From NCBI GenBank assembly GCA_964016885.1, contig OZ024743.1, positions 345,774,001 to 345,838,000 on the forward strand: a stretch of DNA of 64,000 bases. Direction: 5' to 3'. The DNA is from Eledone cirrhosa. Lineage: Eukaryota. Shown here piece by piece: positions 39,679-53,294 of the stretch. Position numbers and translations under genes: made by a program. The first letter of the stretch is position 1; each line of letters opens with the position of its first letter. The notes beneath the pieces were generated by a model. The model was not told the origin of the DNA and searched no databases. It saw only the letters and a list, made by a program, of their open reading frames with translations.

Positions 39679-40312
39679 AATAATAATAATATTGTTGTTA
39701 TTGTTGTTATTGTTGTTATTTTTGTCCTTGAAGCTAATGATTGGTATGCATCCATTTTTCATCTGCTCAAGTGGCTTTTAAACTTTGTCCCAAATATGGT
39801 CACCGAACGAGTTCATCGATTCCTGAGACGTTTTCCGCTATTTTCAGATATTAAGTAGTAAATCTGCAAACGTTTCGATTCGAAAACGGGGGGAAAAAAA
39901 GCAAAATTCATCCTCAGAGAATAGCTGGCTGACCACAGAATGAACTAACTAAAATTCATATCAACAGCAAGAGTACTAGCAGCCTCATCAACAACATGAA
40001 CAACAGCAGTAGCAGAAAAAGCAGATGCAAAATGATGCATGAGCTCTTTTCAATCACCGTAAACAATTAATACAGATAAACCTAAGAAAACCAAAATTAA
40101 GAAAAACAATGACACCACATTTAAAGCAAATCACATATATTCGGTTCTGCCACTCCAACTAGTACTATAATATAATTCAACAACAAAATTACGACACTTC
40201 GGCAGTAATAACAATGACACAAATAGCTGCAGAAGTAGCAGAATGTCTCCAAATTTGTATATATGGGAGAGGGAGAGTGTGTGAGGGAGAGAGAGAGAGA
40301 GAGAGGGGGAGA

Positions 40313-40365
<53 letters not shown>

Positions 40366-40778
40366 TGAGACATGTTTTGCACAAGCGACCCCATTGATTC
40401 AAAGGATAGGACATGGATCTATGTAGACTTCCTGTTCGAGGCATTGGCAACAGCTGCCAAAGCATTTTAGTCTACCCGTATGAGCCGGTCAGATGCACCA
40501 TCTCGCTTACAAGTTCAAAGGGTTTTAACAGCCATATGACCAGACATTAAATAGTTCAGAAGAGGAAGAAAGGTTACGGACATAAGAATGAATTCTAAAA
40601 GCAAAAGCATTGCAATCAATCAAAATTCATGGTCGCGATGAATAAGTCCTTTTCCCTTCGCATTTGGGTAAAAGAGGCAGTAAACGTCAAGATTTCGGGT
40701 ATCCTACCAGAATTGGTTATTTGCTGTATCCTCTCCTACTTTGGCGTGGAAAGAAGTGGTCAATGTTGAAGTTATTTA

Positions 40779-40978
40779 NNNNNNNNNNNNNNNNNNNNNN
40801 NNNNNNNNNNNNNNNNNNNNNNNNNNNNNNNNNNNNNNNNNNNNNNNNNNNNNNNNNNNNNNNNNNNNNNNNNNNNNNNNNNNNNNNNNNNNNNNNNNNN
40901 NNNNNNNNNNNNNNNNNNNNNNNNNNNNNNNNNNNNNNNNNNNNNNNNNNNNNNNNNNNNNNNNNNNNNNNNNNNNNN
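40779..40978. other. Assembly gap (200 N)
   Basis: A run of 200 N. The round length suggests a scaffold join of unknown true size. Confidence 0.99.
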
Positions 40979-41572
40979 GGGTTACACAAATGATAACTAA
41001 GACTCATACAGTGCGGGAAAACAGATGACTGTTAAACTTTCCACCCAAATACAGATCCCGTCTCTCCACCAGGATTCCACAGTTTCTCTCTGAAAAATTT
41101 CACCCATAAGGCTAAACTAGAAAATTCTTACAAAAGAAAACACACACAGATCGAATCCGACACCAAATGGTTGCGAAGCGTAGATTTTAACAGCTTAACC
41201 ATGTGTAGAAAGTAAATCATGTATAACATATAGAGTTGTAGGCTTATGTAAGTTCTGTCTGAAAATTACCAATTGGATACGATTATATGTGTCGGCGTGT
41301 GTGAGTATCTCTATGTGTGCAAGAGAGAGAGAGAGAGAGAGAAAGAGAGAGGAGGGGTGAAGAGAGAGGTAGAGAGGGGGCGAGAGAAAGAGAGATAGAG
41401 AAAGAGAGATTGAACATGTTTGCAAGTTAGAGACAAAGATAAACATTGAGAGAAAGAGAAAAAGTGATTGGTTGTGTGGATGTATGAGCAGATGTATGGG
41501 AGTGTGGTTTTTGTTAGTAATATGTTAGATTGGGAGCATGTAAGTGTAACATTGGGCATTGGAATGGGAAGA

Positions 41573-41618
<46 letters not shown>

Positions 41619-41621
<3 letters not shown>

Positions 41622-42020
41622 TGTTTCTACTTTTGGCACAAGGCCAGCAATTACCAGTGTTTTACTGGTACTTTATTTTATCGACACCGTAAGGATGAAA
41701 GGCAAAGTTAACCTCGGCGGGATTTGAACTCAGAATGGCAAGGGCCGTAACTCTATGCGTCAAAGCATTGCGTCCGAGCCTCTACCGATACTGCCAATTC
41801 ACCGCCATATATATATAATAATAATTGTTTCTACTTTAGGCACAAAGCCAGCAATTACCCAGCAATTAACCAGTGCATTACTGGTACTTTATTTGATCGA
41901 CCCCGTAAGGATAACAGGCAAAGTCAACCTCGGCGGGATTTGAACTCAGATCGTAAAGGGACGTAACTATGCTGGAAAGCATGGCGTCCGACCCTCCACT
42001 GATACTGCCAATCCACCGCC
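41619..42020 (-). mobile_element. Two tandem major SINEs
   Basis: 41619-41806 and 41823-42020, each flanked by atatatataataataat-like target sequence. Confidence 0.9.
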
Positions 42021-42252
42021 ATATATACATAATAATAATACATTATAAACATGTATATGTATGTGTCCGCATGTATCTGTGTATTACTTTATATTGTATA
42101 TATATATATAGATATATAGATATGTTTATATATATACTTACATATATATGTATATATATATAATATATATATATATAAATATAAATTCAGAGAGAATCGC
42201 ATTTCGGCGTGTAGAAAAAGCGAAACGAAACGCAAAATCAGAGTTATGCTGG

Positions 42253-42318
<66 letters not shown>

Positions 42319-43092
42319 ATATACATATATATATATATACTCACATATATATATATATATATAGGGGATGGTTTGTGTGTGTCTGTGCATGTGTGCATAA
42401 AAAATGTGTATCCTATAAGCGTGTGACATGATCTATAACTTTATAGTTTTGATTTTTTTGTGTACAAGTATGTGATGTATAATGTAAATTTTCTTTTAGA
42501 ATATGTTTGCGTATATGTAGTGTGATACTTCGTATACGTTCATAGGCGAGTGACTGTTTATATATGTATGTGTATATATGTGCATGCGAATTTGTAATTA
42601 TTTGTGTTGCTTGTATTTATGTGAGTTTATATGTGTCTGAGCCTGCATCAGTTTGTATGAGTTTGTGTGAACTCATATGTATTTGTTCGTGATGTGTGAG
42701 GGAGGCTGTTTTAGAATAGTTAACAGCTTGGCCTCCGACTGCATAGACCATGGTGTAAATATGCAAAGGAAACTGAAGGTACAGAGGGCGTTGCCGTACA
42801 ACTGTTTAGCTAAATTCCTGGTCATGTTTCTAGGTATCCTGCTATTTCCTAAGATGGCAGACAGCCGCCATTCTTATCCGCCTTGTCGTGACGTAGCATT
42901 AAGTCAAGGTGAACACAGAAGCTTGCCAGACAATATAATGGTGTATCACTTACATTAGTAAGGCTATGAATGCAACTGCATATATATGTACATTCACAAC
43001 TCACAAATCCGTGTGCTATTTCAAATAAATATACAAATTAAATTAAATGTGTATAAATGTATATATACATATATATATATATATTTATATAT

Positions 43093-43155
<63 letters not shown>

Positions 43156-43215
43156 ATCTTTATTTATATAAGTGGGTGTAAATGTTTATATATATCTATA
43201 TGCATAAACAAATAC

Positions 43216-43371
<156 letters not shown>

Positions 43372-43772
43372 TGTATGTGTATTATTTCGCTGGTGTGCAT
43401 ATATAGGTGTTTTTCGAGAAATTCATTAGTTTCACTTTGCGATATTTTTTTCTATTCATTTCATGCAATTTTCACGTTTATATTTTTTTATATTTTTCTT
43501 CAACATATCTGTATATATCCCATAAATATTTACTATACATTAGTATATATCTGACCCCATATCCTGGTGAACATGTACCTCTGTGTACAACATACAGAGA
43601 TATTCACATATAGGCACGCATCTACATACAGACACGCTGAGATACGCATACCCACCTAGTTTATTCAATGTGTAACCAGATGCATATATCCATATCCACC
43701 TCTTTCTCTCTCTCTCTCTCTATATATATATTATGTATTTGTCTCTCTCTCTCAATCTATAAATATATATAC

Positions 43773-43813
<41 letters not shown>

Positions 43814-43830
43814 TAAATATATATATATAT

Positions 43831-43978
<148 letters not shown>

Positions 43979-44224
43979 ACACATAATTATACGTGTATAC
44001 TTCTCCAGAATCACATCTCTAGCGTAATAAGAAATACTGACATGCACACATTATTTACATTCTCAAACTAGAAACATATACATTAACATATATACATATA
44101 TACATATATACATATATACATACCATCCTGAATTAACGTTTGTACGTACGCATGAATGTATGTATGTAAGTATGCATGTATGTATCTATGTATGTATGTA
44201 TGTACGTATGTATGTATATATGTA

Positions 44225-44260
<36 letters not shown>

Positions 44261-44745
44261 TGTATGTATGTGTCTATGTATGTATATATGTATGTATATG
44301 TATGTGTAAAAAAGAACAATATGCATGATATAGTGTGGAGTCTACATCATTAAAACCCTCATCCGATTTCTGTGTCCATATTGTTTATCTTGTGAAATAA
44401 CCTGCCAAGTAAATATACACTCTATGTTTTATATGCAAGGAGACGATTAAAAACCCACAACAAAAATCATCGACAGCTCACAAAAACAACAACGATCAGA
44501 AATACAGTATTAACAGGAATACACCGTCAATAATAAGAAGATTGACAAACTTTGCAGCTAAGTCTAATATTGAGAGGAGACTTTTGAAAATGAACTACAA
44601 TAAAATATAAATAGTGGTTACGGACACATACATACAAATATACACGCGTACATACATATATACAAACATACATACAATTATATATACGTACATACATATA
44701 TCTGCATACATATAGATATATATAGGTTTATATATATTATATATA

Positions 44746-44817
<72 letters not shown>

Positions 44818-45367
44818 TATATATATATATATGTGTGTGTGTGTGGGTGTGTGTGTGCGTGCGTGTGTGTCTGTGCGTGTGTGTGCGTGCGTGTGTGTCT
44901 GTGCGTGTGTGTATGTATATATATATATATATATATATTACGTACACATAAATATATATACATATATACATATATATATATATACTCCTTAAAGTCATAC
45001 AAACGTCATTCCCACGATTCACACGCATGCGTTCACATATGTAGTATCTCTCACACATTTTCCCATCTCTCTTTCTTATTTTCTCACTCTCTCTAATTAA
45101 ACAGTCTCCGTATATATGTTTTAAATGATGACATTGCTATCTTCATCACTATCATCACCTCTCCGAACATCATAATCATCATCATCATCATCGTCGTCAT
45201 CATTTCCTTCTCTTAAAAAAAAAAAAAACATCCTCATTATATTTAGCACATTTGCCAAGTTTTCTTATTCCCTGTAGCTCATCACTGTTCCTCTGATATC
45301 GTTACATTCTGCTACCTTATCTATACATCTACACACACACTCACACATATATATATATATATTTATT

Positions 45368-45409
<42 letters not shown>

Positions 45410-45530
45410 TGTGTGTGTGTGTCTGTGTTTGTGTTTGTATGTGTGTGTGTGTGTGTGTGTGTGTTCGTGTGTGTGTCTGTTCGTGTGTGTGTGTGTTTGT
45501 GTTTGTGTGTGTGTGTCTGTGTGTTCGTGT

Positions 45531-45583
<53 letters not shown>

Positions 45584-45746
45584 TGTGTGTTTGTGTGTGT
45601 CTACCTATCTAACTATTTTTGTGTCTGTCGTGTTTGGTGAATTATTTCTGCCATACACTCAACTTTATATCTATATAATGCTTAAAATCGGGATTATTTT
45701 TTGTTATATGACTCTTTCTCTCCCCTACACTCTTTCGCTCCCCCCA

Positions 45747-45794
<48 letters not shown>

Positions 45795-45816
45795 AGCGAG
45801 AGAGAGAGAGAGAGAG

Positions 45817-45847
<31 letters not shown>

Positions 45848-45850
45848 AAG

Positions 45851-46036
45851 AGAGGTTTGACCCCGAAACATCAGTACACTTACTTCGGGAGTCAAACTTC
45901 TCTCTCTCTCTCTGTATATATATACACACACACACACACACACATACATACATGTATATATATAGAGTGAGAGAGAGAGAGTGAGAGAGAGAAATAGAGA
46001 GAAAGGTTTGACCCCGAAGTAAGTGTGCTCATGTTG
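45851..46036. repeat. Small nested inverted repeats (gtttgaccccgaa...) among (GA)n/(TA)n/(CA)n tracts
   Basis: Hairpin at 45852-45900; 46006-46035 is an inverted copy of about 45868-45898. Confidence 0.7.
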
Positions 46037-46149
46037 TATTTAAATGTATATTAAATGTACATAAATTTACAAATTATCTGTTTCAGAAGATAACCTTTGT
46101 AAACAGGGAATTAAATTTACCCTCGTATGGAACAGGTATTCATATTTTT

Positions 46150-46670
46150 ACTTCTTGGAAAATCATACAGTAGTTCCAACAATTTTTTAATTGGCCTTAG
46201 CAGTAACGGATGACATTTCCAGTGAATGTCCTTACCTCGACGTTTACAATTGTTTGGATGTTTTCCACTGTCGTAAAATGATAACTCTTGCTACTAATTC
46301 CTGGCAAATTCCAGCCGATTCGCTTTTTGCTCCACGGACAAGTGTCTGGACACTAGTTTTTCAGAAATGTTTTGCCTGAAAAAATGGTGTGTTACATTTC
46401 TGTGAACTACATTTTCATTCAAGCCCGTTTCTTCTGCAAACATCCTAACACTTAATCAACGATCTTTCACCATCACCACTCACAACACCTCGGCATTTCT
46501 TTTCATCTGTTGACGAGATCAGCTTCCTAGAACGATGTTCGTATTCAACATATTTTCGGCCCTCACAGGTTAAAACCATTATTTTTCGATAGAGTGACAT
46601 ATCCTTAACATTGATCAAATGTTTCGGTGGCCGAATTGATCGCGGACTGTTGTTTGATATTTTTCTGCAT
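46150..46670 (-). pseudogene. Mariner transposase relic with the catalytic region deleted
   Basis: ATG at 46670: MQKNIKQQSAI..SATETF...EGRKYVEYEHRS...DR*LSVRMFAEETGL...KLVSRHLSVEQKANRLE, joined to a C-terminal NIQTIV...RYC*GQLKNCWNYC. The DD34D region is missing. Confidence 0.8.
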
Positions 46671-46811
46671 CACGTTTGTACATAAACAACAATAACTCAC
46701 GTCTGACTCAGTCGATCATATTGAAAGAAGAATATACGTACCACAGAGAGCACTCGATTCGTACTTTCCAGTAGGTATAGAGGTGTAGAAATAGGCTGAG
46801 TGTAATTATAA

Positions 46812-47001
46812 TTATTGTTTCTACTTTTGGCACAAGGCCAACAATTATCCAGTACATTACTGGTACTTTATTTTATCGACCCCGTAAGGATGAAAGGCAA
46901 AGTTGACCTCGGCGGGATTTGATCTCAGAATGGAAAGGGCCGTAATTCTATGCGTCAAATCATGACCTCCGACCCTCTACCGATACTGACATCCCACCGC
47001 C
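46812..47001 (-). mobile_element. Major SINE with a 17-bp TSD
   Basis: ctgagtgtaattataat at 46796-46812 and 47002-47018. Confidence 0.92.
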
Positions 47002-47020
47002 CTGAGTGTAATTATAATAA

Positions 47021-47282
47021 TGATAATAAAAAGGACGATTTGTTACGTCTTCATTACGTTTATTGAGTAGTAACGCGCGTTTCGCTATTGATCAGCTCAA
47101 GGTTCGATCTGTATCAGTCTAGTCCGATTCTGCTGTGGTAATGACAGCAGAGGTCCGACGAGCTTTTGATTCCAGAGACTGGCTAGACCGATACACATCG
47201 AACCTTCAACTGATCAATAACGAAACACGTCACTACTCAATAAACGTAATGAAGACATAACAAATCCTCCTTTTTATTATCA
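47021..47282. repeat. Foldback element (~100-bp arms) containing a CCGACGA-core hammerhead-like motif
   Basis: 47021-47123 is inverted relative to 47177-47282. Plus strand gaggt-CCGACGA (47155-47161)...GAAA (47222-47225)-CACG-TC, followed by AATAAA. Confidence 0.85.
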
Positions 47283-47704
47283 TCAGTATTATTATGATCA
47301 TTATTATCAATATATATATATAGAGACATATATCTATATAGTGTGTGTGTGTGTGTATGTGTGTGTGTGTGTGAATAGGAGTATGTGTCTATGTGTGCAT
47401 TACTGCAACTTGCAATTGTAAATCAATGTATGCTAATTAGTGCATTAGTATATATATAAGTGATTGGTGTTTAAAAGGGATTCCACTATTACATGTATAG
47501 AATCTTGAATTTATTTCCTCTTCCTATGAGAAATTTTTGTACATTATTTGTTAATTTTATACTTTTGCGTTTCATTCAAACTAAACTTGGATCAAGTTTG
47601 TAGGATAATTTCCTTGTGATCTTTTACCCCCAACACTATAACAACCATGTTCGGAAATCGATCTCAATTCCCCCAAATTATTTGAGACATAGACACACGC
47701 ATGC

Positions 47705-47825
<121 letters not shown>

Positions 47826-48091
47826 TTGAGACATAGACACGCGCATACAAATATAGACATATAAGTTATCAACACAAACACAATCAGGTATATATATATA
47901 TATATACGTATGTGTATGCATGTGTGTGTGTGTGTGTGTGAGTGTGTGGGTGTATGTGTGAGTGTATTAGTGGGTGTATGTGTGAGTGTATTAGTGGAAG
48001 TGTATGTGATTATGTGCACAAGAATAAACCTGAAAGCCAAAGAACTTTGATTTTCATTATAGACACTTATATTATCTCCCTACTAGCGATA

Positions 48092-48127
<36 letters not shown>

Positions 48128-48836
48128 CTATACATATATATCTGTGTGTGTGTGTGTGTGTGTGTGTGACGGTGTGTGTATGTGTATGTGTGTGACTGAA
48201 TGCGTGTCTATGCGCAAATATGTGTGAGCATGTGTGTGCCTCTGTGTGTTTGTATGTTTAATTATATGTGTTGCAGTAATGTAATATCATGGCGTAAATA
48301 GAGAACGAATGACGAATAATAGAACGTGTATTTGGTGGGATGAGTTTAAGAAGACGGTGGTATTGTATGTGGAGGGTTTGTGTTGGCATAACTGGATTAA
48401 TGCTAATCCTACAGGTTAATTGCCACGGTATCTATGCTCAGACTATAATCACTCTATTGCAGAATAAAGCAATATGGATCGTCTTTTGTCTTCCCAACGA
48501 ATTTCATGTCATGGCTTTTTGTTTTCCTTGTTCTCTTTCTTTTTCGTTGTTTGAGGTGGAGGTTCTATTTTTGTTCTGTTATCCAGTTTAATATGTTTTG
48601 CTGAGGGTTTCCACTTTAATTTACTTCTCTTTCTTCATTTCATGCTTCTCACTCGATAAATATTGCTACAGCATAATCTATAGCAACTAGAGGAAAAATA
48701 ACTAATAATATAATTACCTACTACAAAGCTATCCATAACGAGACAATTCCACCAAATAATAGTCCACCCAAAATAGGAATATCAACTATGATGTAATAAC
48801 ATAATAATATAAAAAAACAGCAGCAACATCTATAAT

Positions 48837-49036
48837 AATTGTTTCTACATTTGGCACAAGGCCAGCAACTTGTAGGGAAGGGGTAAGTCGACTATATCGA
48901 CCCCGCACTTTATTTTATCGACCCCCTAATGATGTAAGGCAATCGGCGGCATTTGAACTCAGAACATAAAGGGCCATAACGAAATATTGCAAAGCATTTT
49001 GTCCAACGCTCTACCGATTTCGCCAATCTACCGCCG
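48837..49036 (-). mobile_element. Major SINE (long, diverged variant)
   Basis: Tail, core and head are recognisable; catctataa flanks on both sides. Confidence 0.8.
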
Positions 49037-49275
49037 TAACAGCATCTATAACAATAGCTACAACTAATACAGCCACCCCATATATAACTTTATGAAATTA
49101 AACAAATCATACATATATCGATATATACCATATACAAAAAATATTATTTCGTTTACTCTGTTTTGTTTAAATACGAAAAACATTTTTTTTCTTCGCTAGC
49201 GAGGCTAGCCATTTACTTATTGTATACATAGATATTATGTATGTTTATATGTTTCCATTCATATATCTATTATGT

Positions 49276-49327
<52 letters not shown>

Positions 49328-49777
49328 CTTCAAAATATTAATATAGACATTCATGTGATCAAATATATTTTATTGTATATATTTCAGAGGTACTGAGCTG
49401 TTTCATCAGTACGTCCTCATCAGATAAATTAAATTGATGTCTGACATACCTCAACTGTGGTGATGGTTCAATTCCAGTCCGCTGCCAGGACTATCCAACG
49501 TCGCTACCAGTTTTCGGAGTAGGAACTACTTTGGGTTGAGTCTTTTTTTGTATATGAACAACCCCTTGAACGGGGACAAACAGTTCACTTGCCGGATTTG
49601 TTGACGTGCCTGCATAACAAAAATGGGTCCGAAAAGTTACCTGTTCAATGAATGAATACCACTTTTTTACAAGAAGAGATCAACCTCTACCGATAATAAA
49701 TTCGAAGACTAAAATCCAAAGAGGGCTCGATAAGGATAAATATGTATCAAATATATAAGAACCGTAGAGCAAATATT

Positions 49778-49912
49778 TATTAAAATAACAGATTAAAGTT
49801 TAACCAAAGAATCGCTGATTTCACCCTTAACGGGATCTTCTGAGTTTCAGAAGATCCCGTTAAGGGTGAAAGCAGCGATTCTTTGCTTTAACTTTAATCT
49901 GTTATTTTAATA
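49778..49912. repeat. Near-perfect hairpin with 66-bp arms and a 3-nt loop
   Basis: 49778-49843 versus 49847-49912, three mismatches by eye. The arm reads CAGAAGA-tcccgttaagggt-GAAA. Second copy at 52165-52299. Confidence 0.95.
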
Positions 49913-49914
49913 TC

Positions 49915-49969
<55 letters not shown>

Positions 49970-50116
49970 AATGGGTGAAGAATAAAATGAATCGGCTCTA
50001 CAATAGGGAGTATTCAAAGTATTAACAAATGTCTCATTAGTCTCGTGTGTCTAAAAACCGATGTTCGTAAAATGCAACGTCACTCGATTTTAATTACATA
50101 TATATGTATATATATA

Positions 50117-50345
50117 TATATGAAGTAGGAGTTACCTCTGCCTACCAAAACCACAAAAGTAAGGCCTGGACGTGTGTCGAAATGTCTGAGAACCGATGCA
50201 AAAGCCGATTCCAGAACCACGAAACAACCTTCAGACATCCTGACAAAAAACGTACACTTAGTTCACGAATCATGCGTGAAACCTTAAAAATAACGTTGCA
50301 GCTTTCTCCATTATATGGAGGAATCTGTAAAAAGCCACCTCTATG
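50117..50345 (+). mobile_element. Penelope-like GIY-YIG endonuclease relic
   Basis: YEVGVTS...TCVEMSENRCKSRFQNHETTFRHPDKK.TLSS resembles the PLE pattern YxAxVT...YIG.TE..FK.R..NH..SFRH. Confidence 0.6.
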
Positions 50346-50508
50346 TTATTTCATCATTATAATTTGATCAGTTTACTACCTCATTATAGTCTTCAGCACA
50401 CTGGTTAAATATGTCCTGGTTAGAGGCCAGTTTATACATACTGTAGCAAATATTATTGACTTAACTCTATAGTCAATTCAATGTGTCATTATATCGTTAC
50501 ACACCATA

Positions 50509-50692
50509 GGCCGGTGGATTGGCAGGATCGGTAGAGCGTCAGACACAATGCTTTGCAATGTAGAATTACGTCCCTTTACGTTCTGAGATCAAATCCGGCC
50601 GCGGTTAACTTTGCCTTACGGGGTCGATAAAATAAATTACCAGTAATGCACTGGGGTAATTGCTGTCCTTGTGCTCAAAATAGAAACAATTA
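50509..50692 (+). mobile_element. Major SINE
   Basis: Full copy with a small core deletion. Confidence 0.88.
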
Positions 50693-50980
50693 TACAGTTA
50701 CATATGAATCTCCTTCTCTAATTCATGGCCAAAAAATACGAATACGTAGCATTAAGTTTAAACAAATAAATAAGTAAATTATTCAAACCAATTCTGGAAC
50801 GATAAGACCTGCCTAGAAATTAATTCTTACAACCTCACGAATTTCAGCAAAAGTAGCATCTCCCGCATCTTATCTGCCTACTATAATAGCCTTCCAAATG
50901 ATATGACTACTGGAGTGGACCGTTACGACAACGCTCACAACTCCTGTAGCATATCAAAAACAAAAACACCAAAATTTTAC

Positions 50981-51052
50981 ACATGCCTGAAGAGAAAATG
51001 TCAAAGTGTTATAATTCAATCACTTTCACGTTTTCGAAATAAGTATAACAGT
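50981..51052 (+). ncRNA. Hammerhead ribozyme motif with an intact core and long stem II; stem I degenerate
   Basis: CTGAAGA 50987-50993; stem II gaaaatgt/acgttttc plus aaagtg/cacttt; GAAA 51036-51039; T-aagt-A; AUA ending at 51047. A KLFKPIL PLE-like C-terminus lies about 200 bp upstream. Confidence 0.6.
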
Positions 51053-51265
51053 ATTATATAATAAACACAGGATGTACATTTTAAACTGTCTCTCTTATTT
51101 ATAATATCGACACTCCGGTTGATACCTTATTGATAAAATGTTAAGGACTATATGTCGTAGAATGCTTTACGTCTGTTTACGACCAAAGCTGCTTTATTAT
51201 CTGATCAATCAACTTTTCTAAAATCAATAATATAATTGTTTCTACTTTTTGGGACAAGGCCAGCA

Positions 51266-51352
<87 letters not shown>

Positions 51353-51356
<4 letters not shown>

Positions 51357-51632
51357 TATTAAGACTATTAATAAATGAAGACATTCCCATAATCAAAATA
51401 TATATGTTTTATTATATATAATTCGAAGGTACAGTGCTGTTTTTTCAGTACGTCCTCGTCAGATAAAATATATGAACTGATGTATGACATACCTCAACGG
51501 TCTTCATGGTTCAATTCCAGTATTCACAGCACAGTGCTTTCGAAAAAAACAGCATTGTACCTTCGAAATATATATAATAAAACATATTTTGATTATGTGA
51601 ATGTCTTCATTTATAAATATTCTGAATAATAT
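51353..51632. repeat. Foldback element (~92-bp arms); single-arm relative at 49322-49478
   Basis: 51353-51446 is inverted relative to 51542-51632. The interior cagtacgtcctc(g/a)tcagataaa..tgacatacctcaac..atggttcaattccagt is shared with 49405-49478. Confidence 0.85.
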
Positions 51633-51873
51633 TAATAACTCCAGAAAAATTCTTTGTAGAGTGCTTTTAATCTATTGTAAATCTATATTCATTGAGTAAT
51701 CAATGAACCAAATTAATCTTTGGTTATATATATATATATATATATATATAATAAATGTAATCTGAGTTTTTCGAATATTAATAATAGCATTCGATCGATT
51801 CGTTTGCAATTATGCAAACAGCCTCTTTAATACCATGTCTCTAGAATGACCCCGCAATTATTGTTCTTGTGTT

Positions 51874-51911
<38 letters not shown>

Positions 51912-51912
<1 letters not shown>

Positions 51913-52081
51913 ATTGTTTCTACTTTAGGCACAAGGCCAGCAATTACCCAGTGCATTACTGGTACTTTATTTTATCGACCCCGTAAGGATGAAAGGCAAA
52001 GTCAACCTCGGCAGGATTTGAACTCAGATCGTAAAGAGACGTAACTATGCTGGAAAGTATGGCGTCCGAACCGCTACCGAT
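51912..52081 (-). mobile_element. Major SINE, slightly 5'-truncated and fused to the hairpin duplicate
   Basis: The SINE sequence ends at ctaccgata, where the duplicate of 49686-49912 begins. Confidence 0.88.
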
Positions 52082-52164
52082 AATAATTTCGAAGACTAAA
52101 ATCGAAAGAGGGCTCGATAAGGATAAATATGTATCAAATATATAAGAACCGTAGAGCAAATATT

Positions 52165-52291
52165 TATTAAAATAACAGATTAAAGTTTAACCAAAGAATC
52201 GCTGATTTCACCCTTAACGGGATCTTCTGAGTTTCAAAAGTTCCCGTTAAGGGTGAAAACAGCGATTCTTTGCTTTAACTTTAAACTGTTA

Positions 52292-52299
<8 letters not shown>
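52165..52299. repeat. Second copy of the 66-bp-arm hairpin
   Basis: 52074-52299 duplicates 49686-49912. Confidence 0.92.
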
Positions 52300-52364
<65 letters not shown>

Positions 52365-52370
<6 letters not shown>

Positions 52371-52540
52371 AAAAGCGAAGTACGGTGGAGAAGAGAGGAA
52401 CCAACCATGAGATATGGTGGAGAAGAGAGGAACCAAGCATGAGATACGGTGGAGAAGAGAGGAACCAAGCATGAGATTCGGTGGAGAAGAGAGGAACCAA
52501 GCATGAGATGAACATCTGAAACTACTTCGCTTTTCCTTAT
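52365..52540. repeat. Four copies of a 32-bp minisatellite bracketed by a perfect 18-bp inverted repeat
   Basis: Unit tacggtggagaagagaggaaccaagcatgaga (52381-52508). Inverted repeat ataaggaaaagcgaagta 52365-52382 / tacttcgcttttccttat 52523-52540. Confidence 0.92.
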
Positions 52541-52614
52541 TCGATATTTACTCCGTCACTCCTATGTGGAAAAAGTACGTTGAGTGCTTGAATTGAATTG
52601 CATCAATGTTTACC

Positions 52615-52673
<59 letters not shown>

Positions 52674-52951
52674 GTATATATATATATATATATGCGTGTG
52701 TGTGTGTCGCTAGATTTATATCCATCACAAATAGGAGTAGATAGTGTTGCACACATGAGTACGTGTACTTCAAAAGACAAACCTATCTATATATGCGTCG
52801 GTTCCGGCGTTTCTTTCACAGATACCCTAAAAAACACACACGTATCATACAAATACACTTAGATGTACATGCATTATAACTCTCTCGCTTTCGCACACAC
52901 AAATGCACCGCACACACAGACAAGCACCCCCCCCACACACACACGCACACC

Positions 52952-53059
<108 letters not shown>

Positions 53060-53205
53060 GTAAGTGTGTGTATGTGTTTTTTTTATGTATATGAAAGTAG
53101 GAAAACAGTAATTACTAAACGTAGCAAGCTTTTTCCAAATAAAACATCCTAAACACATTTTGTATTATTCAAAGAAAACAATTGGAATACAGAAAAGAAA
53201 CAATA

Positions 53206-53294
<89 letters not shown>

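Noticed and set aside
39863-39925. Minus-strand CUGAGGA...GAAACGUU as a hammerhead
   Set aside because: Stem II is weak and no adjacent stem I pairs after a valid NUH; a decayed relic cannot be excluded.
40480-40551. RCTISLTSSKGFNSHMTRH* resembling an RTE C-terminal finger
   Set aside because: The motif is incomplete and has no adjoining RT evidence, so it is insufficient for a feature.
42185-42255. TA-bounded island with gcgt/acgc stem and GAAA on the minus strand
   Set aside because: The core reads CUGAUUU and stem I does not pair, which is too degenerate to call.
52381-52508. 32-bp repeats as a CRISPR array
   Set aside because: The units are contiguous with no spacers, there are no cas genes, and the context is eukaryotic.
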